Assembly (NCBI GenBank): GCA_043228905.1
Contig: JBHGNT010000001.1
Coordinates: 14,818,001-14,882,000 of the forward strand
Reading direction: 5' to 3'
Length of the DNA stretch: 64,000 bases
Source of the DNA: Azolla caroliniana
Lineage: Eukaryota > Plantae > Polypodiophyta
Both the position numbers and the translations under genes were made by a program. Below are positions 48,103 through 61,899 of the stretch, piece by piece (the stretch's first letter is position 1; each line of letters begins with the position of its first letter). The notes beneath the pieces were generated by a model. The model saw nothing but the letters and a program-made list of their open reading frames with translations, was not told the origin of the DNA and made no database searches.

Positions 48103-49590
48103 CTAACGTGGAACAGGTGGGGGCAGGTGCCAGTTCATCGTGTCGGTACTGGCGTAGCTCGCATTTCTTGTGAGCGGCAACGTGTCGTGCTCCTCTGGTG
48201 GCATCGAACCCACCTCGGAATTCATCAGAACATCATTGCGCTTCCCCACGTCGGCGGTGTCGGGAACAAACACATGCTCTCGGACCGGCCCACGACTATG
48301 CGTGATAGCCGAGGCGGATGAAACTGGAGGTGGAGGCGGCAATCCCCCTTTCATCATTACGCCACCGCTTCCTCCTCCTACCATCGATGGATGCATCATA
48401 TGACGGCCGTCTCTTTTCCGCCTCCATATAAAGACAAGGAACAGAACACCCACCAAAATGGAAGCTCCTATCACACATGACGAAACGATGACTACAATCC
48501 TCGCATTGCCATAGAGCCAACTGCTGTGTGTAGTGCTCCCCCCGCCGCTTCTCTGTGTGCCGGTTCCGATGGATGAGAAAACCGAACTAGTATAAACGCC
48601 GGTATCACTAGTGGTGAAATTCCATTGGGAGATGCGGTAAACTCCCCCATTCCTGGCGGCGAATCCGATGTAAGGGTAGCCAGAGAAGACATCAGCGGAG
48701 AGGTTGTTGGCCGAGAATCTGACGAAACTGCCGCGAGGTAGGAGACCGGAGGCACCACCAGGGAAGCATGCGGGAACACTTCCCGCCACGATTTGTCGGC
48801 TGCTCGCATTGTACTCGACAAACAGTTGGTACACATTTTCAGCCGAGGAATCTGAATCCGAATCATCGGAGGAGGAGGAGGAGGAGGACTGCGAGGGGTT
48901 GTATTGAACCGACCTACAACTTATTTCTCCCGAGTATCTCGATTGGCCCCATGACGGAAGTAGAGGTTGGATGGAGCTATTCTTCACCCATTCAGAAACT
49001 TGGAAGCCCGAAGATCTGGCAGGGAATCCATTTCCAATATAGCCATCCACATAACCTTTACAAGCAGTGGCAAATTCTATGGAGACCCAGTCAATACCTT
49101 CCGAATCTTCCCATGAGTTATCCTGCACCATCGTGTTGGGAACCAAAACAAACGCTAGCGTCCCGTTGGTCGAGAACGAGTGATTCGACAATGTCGAGAA
49201 GGTGAAGGTCGTGAGGAAGGACGAAGCGAGCCCCATTTCGGGGTTGTAGATGGAAACCGGGGAGTCATAGAGAGCCCTGGCGATGCTAGTCGAGGTGGAC
49301 GCATCGAGCACGAGGGAGCCATTGGGTTCGAATGCCGACGTTGAATTTGTGGATGGTATCAAAAGATGTGATTTGTTGAAACCCGTGAAGCTTGACACAA
49401 GTCGGGGTGATTGGGCTGAGGCCACGGAGCCACTGCCCGCCAATACCAATACTATGAACACTATAATGATATTGAAGCCCAAGATGGTGATCTCCTGCTT
49501 GAAGTGATTCATCATCCTTCTATGACTACGAATACTAGTGCTAGAAGAGGAGCATGAAGAGGTGTTTTTGTTTGTGTGGCTTGTTCCCAT
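48103..49590 (-). CDS. L-type (legume) lectin-domain membrane protein (lectin receptor-like protein, no kinase domain), 495 aa, apparently intronless
   Basis: N-terminal hydrophobic segment (ILGFNIIIVFIVLVLAG). Lectin motifs ARALYDSPVSI..ASSFLTTFTF..GTLAFVLVP..VSIEFAT..VEYNASSRQI..YIGFAA..YRISQWNFT. TM helix followed by WRRKR, then a Gly/Pro-rich tail. GC-rich and stop-free within AT-rich flanks. Confidence 0.85.
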   Translation of the reverse strand: MGTSHTNKNTSSCSSSSTSIRSHRRMMNHFKQEITILGFNIIIVFIVLVLAGSGSVASAQSPRLVSSFTGFNKSHLLIPSTNSTSAFEPNGSLVLDASTSTSIARALYDSPVSIYNPEMGLASSFLTTFTFSTLSNHSFSTNGTLAFVLVPNTMVQDNSWEDSEGIDWVSIEFATACKGYVDGYIGNGFPARSSGFQVSEWVKNSSIQPLLPSWGQSRYSGEISCRSVQYNPSQSSSSSSSDDSDSDSSAENVYQLFVEYNASSRQIVAGSVPACFPGGASGLLPRGSFVRFSANNLSADVFSGYPYIGFAARNGGVYRISQWNFTTSDTGVYTSSVFSSIGTGTQRSGGGSTTHSSWLYGNARIVVIVSSCVIGASILVGVLFLVFIWRRKRDGRHMMHPSMVGGGSGGVMMKGGLPPPPPVSSASAITHSRGPVREHVFVPDTADVGKRNDVLMNSEVGSMPPEEHDTLPLTRNASYASTDTMNWHLPPPVPR

Positions 49591-50222
49591 TTTTTAATCC
49601 CTTAAATGTTTTTTTGTTCTCATCGAGTCTTCATCACTTCTTCTTTTTTTACCTCTTTGAATGTCTCCATGCCAGCCTTTGACAAAGTCTTCTTTCCTTT
49701 CCTTAGCATTTTCCTAGTTCACACACACATACACCCCTTTATTATTGTGTTCTCTATCTATGGATACACTACATTGCAATGTATGATGGTGAAAGTGGAT
49801 GAACTGGATGGTGCACTTAGTTCTTCACCATAAGCCTCGTACTCCGAAAAAATTGCCACACATTCGCAATTTGTTTTCTTAATGACACAATGTCCTTTCC
49901 TCTTTGTCTTACCTTGATGGGCCCGTACATATGAGGGGGGCCCTCGTTTGAAATTGTGGATAGAGAAAGAGTATGCTTTGTTGGGTGGAGTATAACACAG
50001 GGTATGTGAAGGTTTTCTTCCTGAATTCGTGTAGCTTCAATCATCGTAGCAATGAAAGTGTGATTGAAAACCTTTGCAATCTATCTTGACAATATTGACG
50101 ATCTTGTCTAATTCTTACGAAACAATGATTTGTAATCATTCTTAGCAATATTGCTTAGAAGTTGCCCAACAAGGACCTATATATCACTTACTAGTTTCGT
50201 CATCCTCTCCTTAAGGACTAAA

Positions 50223-50478
50223 ACTATTTGTTTATATTTAGTTTAGGAGATTCTTGAGTTGGCAAAAATTGTTTATTTTATATAGTTTTTGAAAAGACCT
50301 AATGAAGTTTTTCATAGACTCCAACATCAACTTCTAAATGAGACTATTCAACTATTCGTTTATTTTTAGTTTAGGAGATTCTTGAGTTGGAGAAAATTGT
50401 TTATTTTCTATGGTTTTTGAAAAGACCTAATGAAGTTTTTCATAGACGCTAACATCAACATCTAAATGAGACTATTCC
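50223..50478. repeat. 128-bp tandem duplication upstream of the lectin gene
   Basis: Units start at 50223 and 50351 (ACTATT..TTTAGTTTAGGAGATTCTTGAGTTGG..TCTAAATGAGACTATTC). Confidence 0.85.
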
Positions 50479-50916
50479 ATTCATCCATACCCACGTTACT
50501 GAATTTCATCATCAATAAATTGTGGGTAGGTAGGTCATGCATCATAGTAACCTCCTTCCCTAGTCCAAATAATACAAAAAAAGTCTCGAGTTTTCAGGGA
50601 TGTACTTTTTTTTATCTTCTTAGTCTTCATATGTCCTATCATTCCTCTTGTATGTTTGAATATGTGAATGTCTCACTTCATGTAATAGAAAGCCGGACAC
50701 GGTGATGTGCCATGATTTCATGATTTTTTTAGATTAGGAAAGATAAGGTAGGATGTATCAGCATCACTAATATTAACCTTGAAATTCAACACTCCCATGA
50801 AGACAATGGTGACCTGCTTGTTTTAATAGTCTTCGGATTCCAATAATTCCTTGGGAAAAAATGTTGGTCTACATTTGTCAAATGTAGGGCCCCTTGAACA
50901 TATTGCCAATTGGCGT

Positions 50917-51150
50917 ATCTCCATTGAAGAATTAGAATTTGAGTAAACATAACATGCATATACCAACTAATGTAATACACGTTTCCTTTTATTTAAGTAA
51001 TGTATGTTCTTTAACTTTGTCACTCATCATAGTGACACATCTCCAGTGAAGAATTAGCATTTGAGTAAACATACATGCATATACCAACTAATGTAATACA
51101 CGTTTCCTTTTTATGTAAGTAACCAACCGTATGTGCTTTCACTTTGTCAC
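50917..51150. repeat. ~122-bp tandem duplication
   Basis: ATCTCCA.TGAAGAATTAG.ATTTGAGTAAACATA..CATATACCAACTAATGTAATACACGTTTCC at 50917 and 51039. Confidence 0.85.
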
Positions 51151-54100
51151 AAACATTTTGTACTTGTAAGCTGGATAAATGTCCTTGAATGTTTTTGAAG
51201 TATTACGTATATTTATTTATTATGTGAGTGGAAGTCGCTTGCAACATTAACAATGCTCAATAAACATAAATACAGTTGATCAAACCATCAATGCAGTTTA
51301 AGTTAAACTTGCACGGTACATTATACTTTCTACATATAGCTTAACACTCACCATCACCACCCTACGCAACAACAAAAATGGTACAGGTTTCGTAATTAAA
51401 CATCATACCTAACTTTACTCATAAAAAAATGTCACATTTGTGCTACATGGTACTTCAAAATGTACATAACAAAACATTGCATGCGAAAATGCAATGGGAA
51501 AGTATTAACCTTATATGCTTATATAAAGTTCATTTACGAGAAGTTAACTTATAAAATTCTTATATGTAGAAATAAAGCTTGCACTTCGCAACGTAAGGTT
51601 GTGGGTTCCATCCAATGTGGGTCTTGATTATGTAAGTATTCAATCATGGCCTTCATTTTTGAAATCGTGGACAATATAGCATTCCCTGACAAAATATAGT
51701 TCTCCTACAAATAAAACTCTATATATCATCTTCCACAACCCACTGGTTTGGGAATAATATATTATAATTTGGATTAAGGCAATACTACGACACTCTTGCC
51801 TACATTATGTCAACTTGATAACCTTATGTAGAAAATGACTGACAATTTTAGATAATATTAGTAAATAATTCCATGGTGAGCATTGAAATTGCAAGCACCT
51901 TTAAAATCTTGCTGTAAATAATGACTGAAATGTTTAATATCTAAACATCATTGTGTTCTTCAAAGTCTACAAGATTGAAGAATAGGAGTATAAGCTAAGC
52001 AAAAGTATTAATATGTCACTTAGTAGAGAAATTTTAAATATATTTTCGAATCTTGAAACTTCCATTTTTGTGCACCACATTCATTTTCTAGCTAATGATG
52101 TCCATAGATATGTCATATGAATATGACCATCCTACCGATTGGTGCCTATCATCGTGACATGGATGTCATTTGATGGTTGATGCAGTTAATGTTGTTATAT
52201 TACATTCTAATAACTTGCCATGTGCATCAACGTTGTGAATGATTTTCCTCATTTGCATCACAAGTCACAAAATTTGGTTTTTAACATGATGTGAGCTTTT
52301 GCCAAAACAATCTTACATATCATGTTTTCATTCCATGTATTGTGGATAGAAACATTGATGTTAATGTTGCTATGCCATTTTTTAGGAGAACAATGTTAGT
52401 AATCAATATGCATAACCTCAACCAAAAATTTCAATGATGAGGGGTGGTATGACGGAGAAAATGCAAGAATCCATATAAAGAGAAATGTGGGGATCATAAA
52501 ATAGAAGGGAAGTGATAGTTGAGATTGCCCATCAACACTTCATCTAGATCAATGAAATGGCAAGTTGTATTGCTACTAAGAAGCCATGCTACATATACAA
52601 ACATGTTCATAGAGCAAATATATCATGTGAGATAAATTTCATAAAGTGGGACCTACTTCCATCTAAATTTTCCTTTTGGATCAGTAAAATACCTCCTATT
52701 CGTAGAAAATTCTTCAATTCATGTTAATCTAGGAGGGAAGGGGGGTTTGGGTGAAAAGACAAATCATGAAGCGCATGTAGGGGATGGGGTGGGGGTGGGG
52801 GTCTAAACTTTGTTTACTTCTCATAAAAGCAAAAGATGTTTTGGTTTTTCCATAAGGACAAAAAAAACTTGTTTTCATTTCAAATACTCAAAAAAACGGT
52901 TAGAAAAAAACTAGCAATAACAAAGAGCTCATTGGGTGAAGTTAACTGACAAAATAAATTACCTTTTCCTAACATAAGCAAACAACCAATCTCAAAAAGG
53001 ATTCTTGTAAGTGACCCCCGAAGTCTTTCATATGTTGAAGGATGAAATGTTGGCAAACTTGTTTTCATAAGTTACATTATAAGAAAAACCCACCTAAGAT
53101 TTTCGATACTTGAGTAAACCATAGTCCATGATCATCACGCTTGAGAAAGGATCTAAAATGAAAGCTTATGCTCCATGGATGTAGTGTGAACACAAGAATG
53201 GACCAAGATAAGTGCATTGGCACCAAAGGGTAGCACGATAATTCCACTAAAATGACATATGAGACGATTGGTGAAAATGTTGTGAAGGTTTGAAATATAT
53301 TTACAATTGTATGCCCATTCAATGAGAAACTTTATGGGCATCTTTTCATTGAGACTCTTTTACATTTTGATTTGACCAAGCTTGTAACTTTATAAAGGGT
53401 AGTCTCTAAATGGAATTTAAGAAGCATTATAATTATTCTACACACATGAATTGAGTGGATTTCAAAAGCCTAGTGTGTGAACCAAATGCAATCGGCATGT
53501 TTCGCTATAGCATTTCCATTGTCAAAAAAGAAATATTACCATTTTGATCAACATTTCAAACATGATGCAATCTATTCTCACATTGCCTCTCAATTTGTAC
53601 AGTAACATGACTTATGTGGAAAATTCAGTTGCGATACCCACTTCCTAACGAATGGGATACGTATCTGCATGTGAATGAATATATTATTAAGTGGCATGTG
53701 CGACGAGTCTTCCCCACGTGATCGCCCATATGTGCAACTCATGCACGACTATGATACCTTCATTGTCTATCAACCACGTTTCAAGTTTTTTCACATCAAT
53801 CTCTTAGGGCGTGCTTCCCATGAATATTTCCAATGTATCTCTCAACATTCTTATCGATGTTCCCAAGCACAAGAATTGCAAGAAATAGTGAAACATGTGG
53901 AAACAACTAATTGTTGAGTGGCATTTCACCCATATAATTGCACCCCTTGATCATCACCACAATGGTCTAGATCAAATTACCCAAACACATGTGGCCAACC
54001 TATTCCTCTCACATTTTATATGTCCGGCACTTTTCGTGCTAACAATCTTTCCTTCGTTAATGTTGACATTGACATTCTAACCACCTCTTCTGAGGTCTTC

Positions 54101-55266
54101 ATATGAATGAATACCTTCTGTCTCATTCACTCTCAATAATATTCGCATGATGGTCATGATTATTATCACCATTATGCTCATGACCAATGACTTTGTGCAT
54201 GACTATGAACATTACCTTGGCCCTTGACCTTAACCACTACTTAGACTCTTTTCACTAACTTGATTGTGTCATATGCATATCGCTAAGCATGTGTTAGACC
54301 ACCATAACGACTAAATGGGAAGTTCTCAAAACAATCTATCACCACCAAAATGAATCGATCGAGAGACAACTTCATACACAAGGATGCCATTGAGAAGCCA
54401 AATGAGTTGGATCAACAAAAGGGCAAATAGACACTCTCTAGAGCCGAAAGAAACCATAACTTTGCCGAGGTGGTGGTTCGAAACTAGAACCCTAAATAGC
54501 AATGCTTCATAGTATGGCTAAACCAAGTTTTTTAGTTGCATTTGATCTTAAGATTGCATTGTTGGCTCAAGTTTCCTCATGGAACTCTAGAGCACAAACT
54601 CTCACGTCCACTCGAATGAGAGGCATAAGGCTCATTTTCATCTTTTGCTTCCCTCCTATGTTTGGTGACAAAGGTTGTGATTTCCATCTGCTATGAAAGA
54701 AAATGGAAAGCTCAGCTGCAACAACCAAGGATGGTTGTACTAAGTTCTTACTTACAAAATATTTGACATAACACCAAATAGTCAAGTAAATGTATCCTAC
54801 ATCATGCATCAATATATAGGGATGTTACCTTCTACAATCTTGCAAGTTATGCACTACATGTAGAAAGTGAACTAAAAACAATGAGAGTAAAAGCTCCGGT
54901 TATGCGTGGAAATTTAACGTGAAACTATAGCGGCTGAAATCCATATCTATCTAAGAATTATATGATAAATAATTGTAAAACGACATGATCTTCAAGTAAA
55001 ACCATCCATATGTTTCTAGGAACTAAACAATATATGATTGAAAAAGCAGCATGGCATTCAAGTGCTAAAGCAGATTCCATATTTTTGTAAGGATTATGAA
55101 AGACATGATTCAAAAAAAGAACGAGCCATTAAAATAGTAAAACATAAGGATTTTATAATATATGATCCAAAAACATGGGATTCAAGACATCCAAATATTA
55201 TGAAACTATTTTTATGGTTTATGTTGGATGGGATTATGCAACACATGATTGATAAAAAGAACAAGT

Positions 55267-58200
55267 TGTTGGGGCTTGTCCACTCAAGTGGAGCCCACAA
55301 CATTGAGTTGGCTGAACGCCGAATAGGCTTAAGGCAAGTTATAAGAAAAGTTATAATTAGTTGTATTTATATTTATATATATATATATGCCTTTTTCTTT
55401 TCATATGTTTTTGGGTGTGTCTCTTTTGTGTGTGTGTGTGTGTGTGTGAACACAGATACAGACGTTGGACTACAAGAAGACAAAAAGAGAAAAAAAGAAG
55501 GAGAGAGAGCGTGACCTGATGTTCTGAGAGTGTAGAGAGCGAAAACACAAGAGAGAGAGAGAGAGAGAGAAACAGAAATCGAAAGAGCGAGCAAGAGGAA
55601 AAGTGAACTACTGTCACATATACAGAGACTTGTGAGGGGTTGTTCATGCTATCGAAGAACCACGATTGAACAACACCTGTCCTGTCTACTTGTTTCAAGT
55701 TTCTTCGTTTTATGTTTTTCTAGTTTCTGTTTTCTTTGGTTTTCTATCCACTCAGTTGGGTGAGGAATTATAATCTGGGTCATTGTTGTATCCACCCAAT
55801 CGGGTGAAGATTGTAGCCAAGGATGTTGCCTTGAGGCTAGGACATTTTTCTAGTCAAAACCTAGAGAGTTTGTACTCATTCGTACCCACTATTGTCTAGC
55901 CAAGGTTGTTGCCTTGAAGTAAATACATTCCTCTAGTGAGGTCGTATTTCATTGTACCCCAAATTATAGTGAAGTTGTTTGGAACCTACGGTTCCCGTGG
56001 TTTTTCCCTATTTTGGGTTTTCCACGTTAAAGATCTTGGTGTAATCTCATTTTCATCTTGTGGTTTCATCAAGTGTTAATTGTGTTTGAAGTTTAAATCA
56101 TCTCGATTCCGCTCTATATTCCCAACAAGTGGTATCAGAGCAGAAGTTCATACCTCCGTAAAGACTTGGAATATGGATGAATCATTAGGCGGGATGATTA
56201 AATTGACAGGATCCAACTACCCCATTTGGATGTCCAAAATGAGGGACATGTTGGTATGTAAGGACATGTGGTTGCCCGTACTACATGGTACGAGAAAACC
56301 TGAGAACATAGATACATTAACCTGGGATGACATGCATCTAAAGACATTTGCATACATCCGATGTTTTATAGACATGAGTATATATAACAATTTCTGTGAT
56401 GAAACCAAAGCACATGAGCTATGGAGAAAAATCAAGAGTATGTTTCAAACCAAAAATGCTTTGAATAGAGTCTCCGTGTTTAGGAAACTTGTAAGGCTTA
56501 GGTATCAAGATATACCTCTAGCAAATGAGGTGTTGACCTTGTTATTGTTAGGCTCTCTCCCAGATAGTTGGGAAACCCTTGTTGTGACGCTTGGGACTGC
56601 AACGCAACAAAAGGACCTAACATTGGACATACTTAAGTAGAATCTTCTACACGAAGAAGCACAACGAAAGGATCATGAGTCCAACTTTGACCATAAAGCC
56701 TTAGTCATAGAAAACAACTCCTCTAAAGGAAGAAACCATGCTAGGGGTCCACAAAATCACAGAAATAATTCTAAGGGGAGGTCTAAATCTAGAAATAGGA
56801 AAGACTCTAAGAAAGACTTCACGTGTCATTATTGTGGTGGTCTAAACCACTATGAAAGAGATTGTAGGAAGAAAAAGAGGGACCAACAAAGTGGAACTAC
56901 TGACAACAAGAAAAATGAGTCCACTACAACCGCATGTGATGGTGATATCATCATCGCGTGTGATGATGCTTGTGTTAGTTTAGCATCTCAAAAAACCAAT
57001 TGGATTATTGATTCGGGAGCCTCGTACCACATTACCCCATATCGGGAAATGTTCTCGTCATATGCCGGTGGTGACTTTGGTAAAGTCAAAATGGTGAATC
57101 ACGACGTGACTGAGGTTGTTGGCATAGGAAATATAATTCTGACCATGGACATGGGTTGCAAACTAGTATTAAAAGATGTTAGGCATGTACCCGACATTCG
57201 GCTGAATATTATTTCAATCGGTAAGCTTGATCATGAGGGTTACACAAATTCCTTTGGTGAAGGAAAATGGAAGCTCATCAAAGGCTCGCTAGTATTAGCA
57301 AAATGTCTAAAACAGAATTCCCTCTATGTACTTCATGATGTGGTGTCCGACGGAGAGGCAAATGTAGCCAACAAGGATGCCTCGATTGAGCTATAGCAAA
57401 AGAGACTTGGGCACATGAGTCAAAAGGGACTCGATGTTCTAGCAAGGAAGAACATCCTGTCGGACATAAAAGGTATGCACTTGGAAACTTGTGTTGATTG
57501 TTTGGCCGGCAAACAACACAGAGTTGCCTTTCAGCATCTGGCCCCCAAAAGAAATTTCAGCCATTGGAATTGGTGCACACGGACGTGTGCTATATGAAAG
57601 ATAGAACTCTTGGGGGAGCATTGTACTTTGCCACATTTATCGATGACTTCTCGAGGAAGTTGTGGTGCTTTGCATTAAAGACTAAAGATCAAGTGTTTGA
57701 AATCTTTGGGAACTTTCATGTAAGTGTGGAAATAGAAACTGGAAAAAAGTTGAAATGTATCTGTGCCGGCAATGAATATCAGGGACAATTTGAGGAATAT
57801 TGTCGTGAGCATGGTATTAGACTAGAGAGAAGTGTCTCGAAAACACTTCAACACAATGGTGTGGCTGAGAGGATGAATAGGACAATTTGTGAGTGGATAA
57901 GATGTATGTTATCCCACTCAAAATTGCCTAAATCCTTTTGGGGTGAAGCAATGAGGACTGCAATTGACCTCATAAACTTGTCTCCGTTAGCCCCCTTGGA
58001 TGACGATGTTCCCGAGAGGGTTTGGATAGGTAAAGATGTGTCATACAAACACTTGAGAGTGTTTGGTTTTAGGGCCTACGTTCACATCCCAAAAGATGAA
58101 AGATCCAAGCTTGATGACAAATGAAAACCATGCATATTCTTGGGATACGGCCATGAGGAATTCGGCTATAGACTTTATGACCCAGTAGCGAAGAAGGTCA

Positions 58201-60961
58201 TTAGAAGCAGGGATGTGGTATTCCTTGAGGATCAGACCTTACAAGTTCTGGAGGCGAATGAAATATCGTACCTCACCCCTGATTTTTATGTCACCGAACA
58301 CCCAATGCCTGCCCAGACACACAAGGTCATGGGGGTGATACCGAGGAGTATGATGATACGGCTGATGATGCATCCGATGATGATGATGGGCAAAATCATG
58401 ACCATCATACTCTAGGTGACATTTTAGTAGGTCCTCCGGAAGAGGAAGAGGTTAGAAGGTCTATGAGACAAAGAAGACCTTCTACTAGATACAACCCACA
58501 TGAATATGTGATGCTTTCAGATGGAGGAGAGCCAGAAAGCTTTAGAGAAGCTATGGCAAATGATCATAAGGAGGAATGGCTTGACAGAATGAATGATGAG
58601 ATGAAGTCTTTGCAAGACAATCACACTTATGATCTTGTAAAGCTGCCTAAGGGCAGGAGAGCGTTGAAAAACAAATGGGTTTACAGGCTATAGACTGAGG
58701 AACATTTCTCACAGCCAAGATACAAGGCAAGATTGGTTGCGAAGGGGTTCAACCAGAAAAAGGGAATTGATTTCGAGGAGATTTTCTCACCAGTGGTGAA
58801 GATGTCCTCGATCAGAGTTGTACTTGGGATCGTAGCTAGTCTCGATCTAGAAATCGCGCAACTCGATGTAAAAACTGTCTTCCTCCATGGTGATTTGGAA
58901 GAAGAGATTTACATGGATCAACCCGAAGGGTTTGGAGTCAAAATTAAGGAAAACCTGGTATACAAGTTAAAGAAGAGCGTGTACAGCCTAAAATAAGCTC
59001 CAAGACTTTGGTACAAAAAGTTTGACTCCTTTATGTTGAACCATGGGTATAATAGAACAAACACAGACCATTGTGTGTTTGTTAAGAAATTCCCAGATGG
59101 GGATTTTGTCATTTTGCTCTTGTATGTTGATGATATGTTGATCATTGGTCAAGATACCAACAAGATTGAGAAGCTGAAAAAGGAACTCAACAAATCTTTT
59201 GCCATGAAAGACTTGGAACTAGCCAAGCAAATCCTTGGGATGAAGATAACCAGGGACAGGGCAAGCAAAAGACTTTGGTTGTCTCAAGAAAAGTACATTG
59301 AGAAGGTACTTGAGAGATTGAACATGGCTAAGAGTAAGCTGGTCAACACTCCACTCGCGGGCCACTTTAAACTTAGCTCAACTCAATGCCCTACGAGTGA
59401 TGAAGAGCAAGAAGGAATGAAACAAATACCATATGCCTCTTCAATCGGTAGTTTAATGTATGTTATGGTATGCATGAGGCCGGACATTGCTCACGCAGTT
59501 GGTGTAGTGAGCCATTTTCTCTCGAACCCTGGAAAAGATCATTGGGAAGCAATGAAATGGATCCAGGGATATCTGAGGGGTACCTCAAGAGTCTGTCTAA
59601 AATTTGGTGAGAACCAAACTATATTAGATGGATATACAGATGTCGATATGGCTGATGATGTTGATTCCAGAAAGTCTACATCTGGTTACCTAATTATCTT
59701 TGCATGGGGAGCAGTCTCTTGGCAATCGAGATTGCAAAAATGTGTGGCATTATCCACAACAGAGGCCGAGTATATTGTTGCCACAGAAGCTAGTAAGGAA
59801 TTGTTATGGCTAAAGAAATTCCTACAAGAGTTGGGGCTTATCTAAGAACGATACATTTTGTATTGTGATAGCCAAAGTGCTATCCACTTAAGCAAGAATT
59901 CTTCCTTTCGCTCTAAGTCAAAGAACATTGATGGTAGATACCATTGGATTAGAGATGTGCTTGAAGAAAAGAAAATGCACATTGAGAAGATACATACCAA
60001 TGAGAATGGCTCCGACATGATGACTAAAAGTTTGTCAAGGGAGAAGCTTGAAGTTTGCAAACAAAAGGCAAACTTGGTTGTGCCCCCCACTTGAGATAGA
60101 GGGGGAGAATTGTTGGGGCTTGTCGACTCAAGTGGAGCCTACAACATTGAGTTGGTTGAACGCCGAATAGGCTTAAGGCAAGTTATAAGAAAAGTTATAA
60201 TTAGTTGTATGTATGTATGGATGCCTTTTTTTTTTTGTATTTTTTTGGGTGTCTCTTTTGTGTGTGTGTGTGTGTGTATGAACACAAATATAGACATTGG
60301 ACTACAAGAAGACAAAAAGAAAAAAAGAAAAAAAAGAGAGAGAGACAGCGTGACCTGATTTTCTGAGAGTGTAGAGAGCGAAAACACAAGAGAGAGAGAG
60401 AGAGAAACAAAAATTGAAAGAGCGAGCAAGAGGAAGAGTGAACTACTATCACAGATACAGAGACCTGCGAGGGGTTGTTCGTGCTATCGAAGAACCATGA
60501 TTGAACAACACCTGTCCTGTCTACTTGTTTCAAGTTTCAAGTTTTATGTTTTTCTAGTTTCTGTTTTCTTTGGTTTTCTATCCACCCAGTTGGGTGAGGA
60601 ATTATAATCTGGGTCATTGTTGTATCCACTCAATCGGGTGAAGATTATAACCAAGGTTGTTGCCTTAAGGCTAGGACATTTTTCTAATCAAAACCTAGAG
60701 AGTCCATACTCATTTGTACCCACTATTGTCTAGCCAAGGTTGTTGCCTTGAAGTAGATACATTCTTCTAGTGAGGTCATATTTCATTATACTCCAAATTA
60801 TAGTGAAGTTGTTTGGAACCAACGGTTCCCGTGATTTTTCCCTATTTTGGGTTTTCCATGTTAAAAATATTGGTGTACTCTCATTTTTGTCTTGTGGTTT
60901 CATCAAGTGTTAATTGTGTTTGAAGTTTAAATCATCCCGATTCCACTCCATATTCCCAACA
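55267..60961 (+). mobile_element. Copia-E (Tork/Tto1-like), full-length and decayed
   Basis: LTRs 55267-56127 and 60111-60961. TSD CAAGT/CAAGC. PBS TGGTATCAGAGC at 56130; PPT GAGATAGAGGGGGAG. Gag-pol remnants 56174-60094. Confidence 0.95.
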
Positions 60962-61899
60962 CAAGCAAGTAGTAAAGCATAAGGATTTTATAATATATGA
61001 TCTAAAATCATGGGATTCAAGAGCATCCAAATACTATGAAACCAATTTTAAGGTTTATGCAGGATGGGATCGAGGAAAAAACACAAGAATTAAAACATTC
61101 GTATCTAATGAAATTATGACATGCTTCCAAGGTTAAAGAACACGTGACTAGAATAAACAACATTGATTTTCAAAACAAGCATCTATATCCAAAGAAACCA
61201 TGACATGTTTCTAGGGATTATACAACATATGTACATCATGATTCAGAGAGCCAATTGGCAAGTATTGAATGATGGAATGGAAATCCATACATTAGTTTAA
61301 CCCAAACGTTTTAAATATACACATTCGAAGAAGATCTATAAGAGTCATTGAAGAATGTAGACCCAGCTATCTCCTTTCTTTCTATCATTTACAAATGAAT
61401 ACTTGTACATTACAACTCAAAGAAAATAGATAAAACATGGAATTTTGATGGAAGGGAACAGAGGAGCTATGTACTTGAGATGAGAAAAAACTTCAAAAAA
61501 CAAGACTCCAGAAAGAGAAAGAAGAGAGGGTAGAAATCGATATAGATGAAAAAATCTCTCTATAAGTGGCAGTGATGAAAAGGCAGATAACCTGCTACGC
61601 TAAAGAATATCAAACACGCATTACATTTATGCGAAATGTAAGATACTTTAGGTGTCCCCACAAATTCTATCTAATTAATATCACTGTTCATGGATTCCAC
61701 AATTCTTACATCATTAAATTCCATCAATTTTGATATATAAACATACTGATTCCAAGACTTGAGCAATGCATTTGTTAATATACTAAAATTGTCTTTTCTT
61801 CTAGTAATGCTTCATATGAATGATGGCAAGCCTAATGTTGTGATTGAAAGCACTCAAGAAATATTCGAAACTCATCTAGGGGTTTATCATATCTAGGTG

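Noticed and set aside
51200-54400. Decayed DNA transposon or gene in the AT-rich region
   Set aside because: Only short ORFs, with no transposase motif or terminal inverted repeats that I could support by eye. Needs tBLASTn/HMM search.
55038-55698. ORFs of 113-158 aa
   Set aside because: They run through LTR microsatellites (TA, TG, GA) and are low-complexity artefacts.
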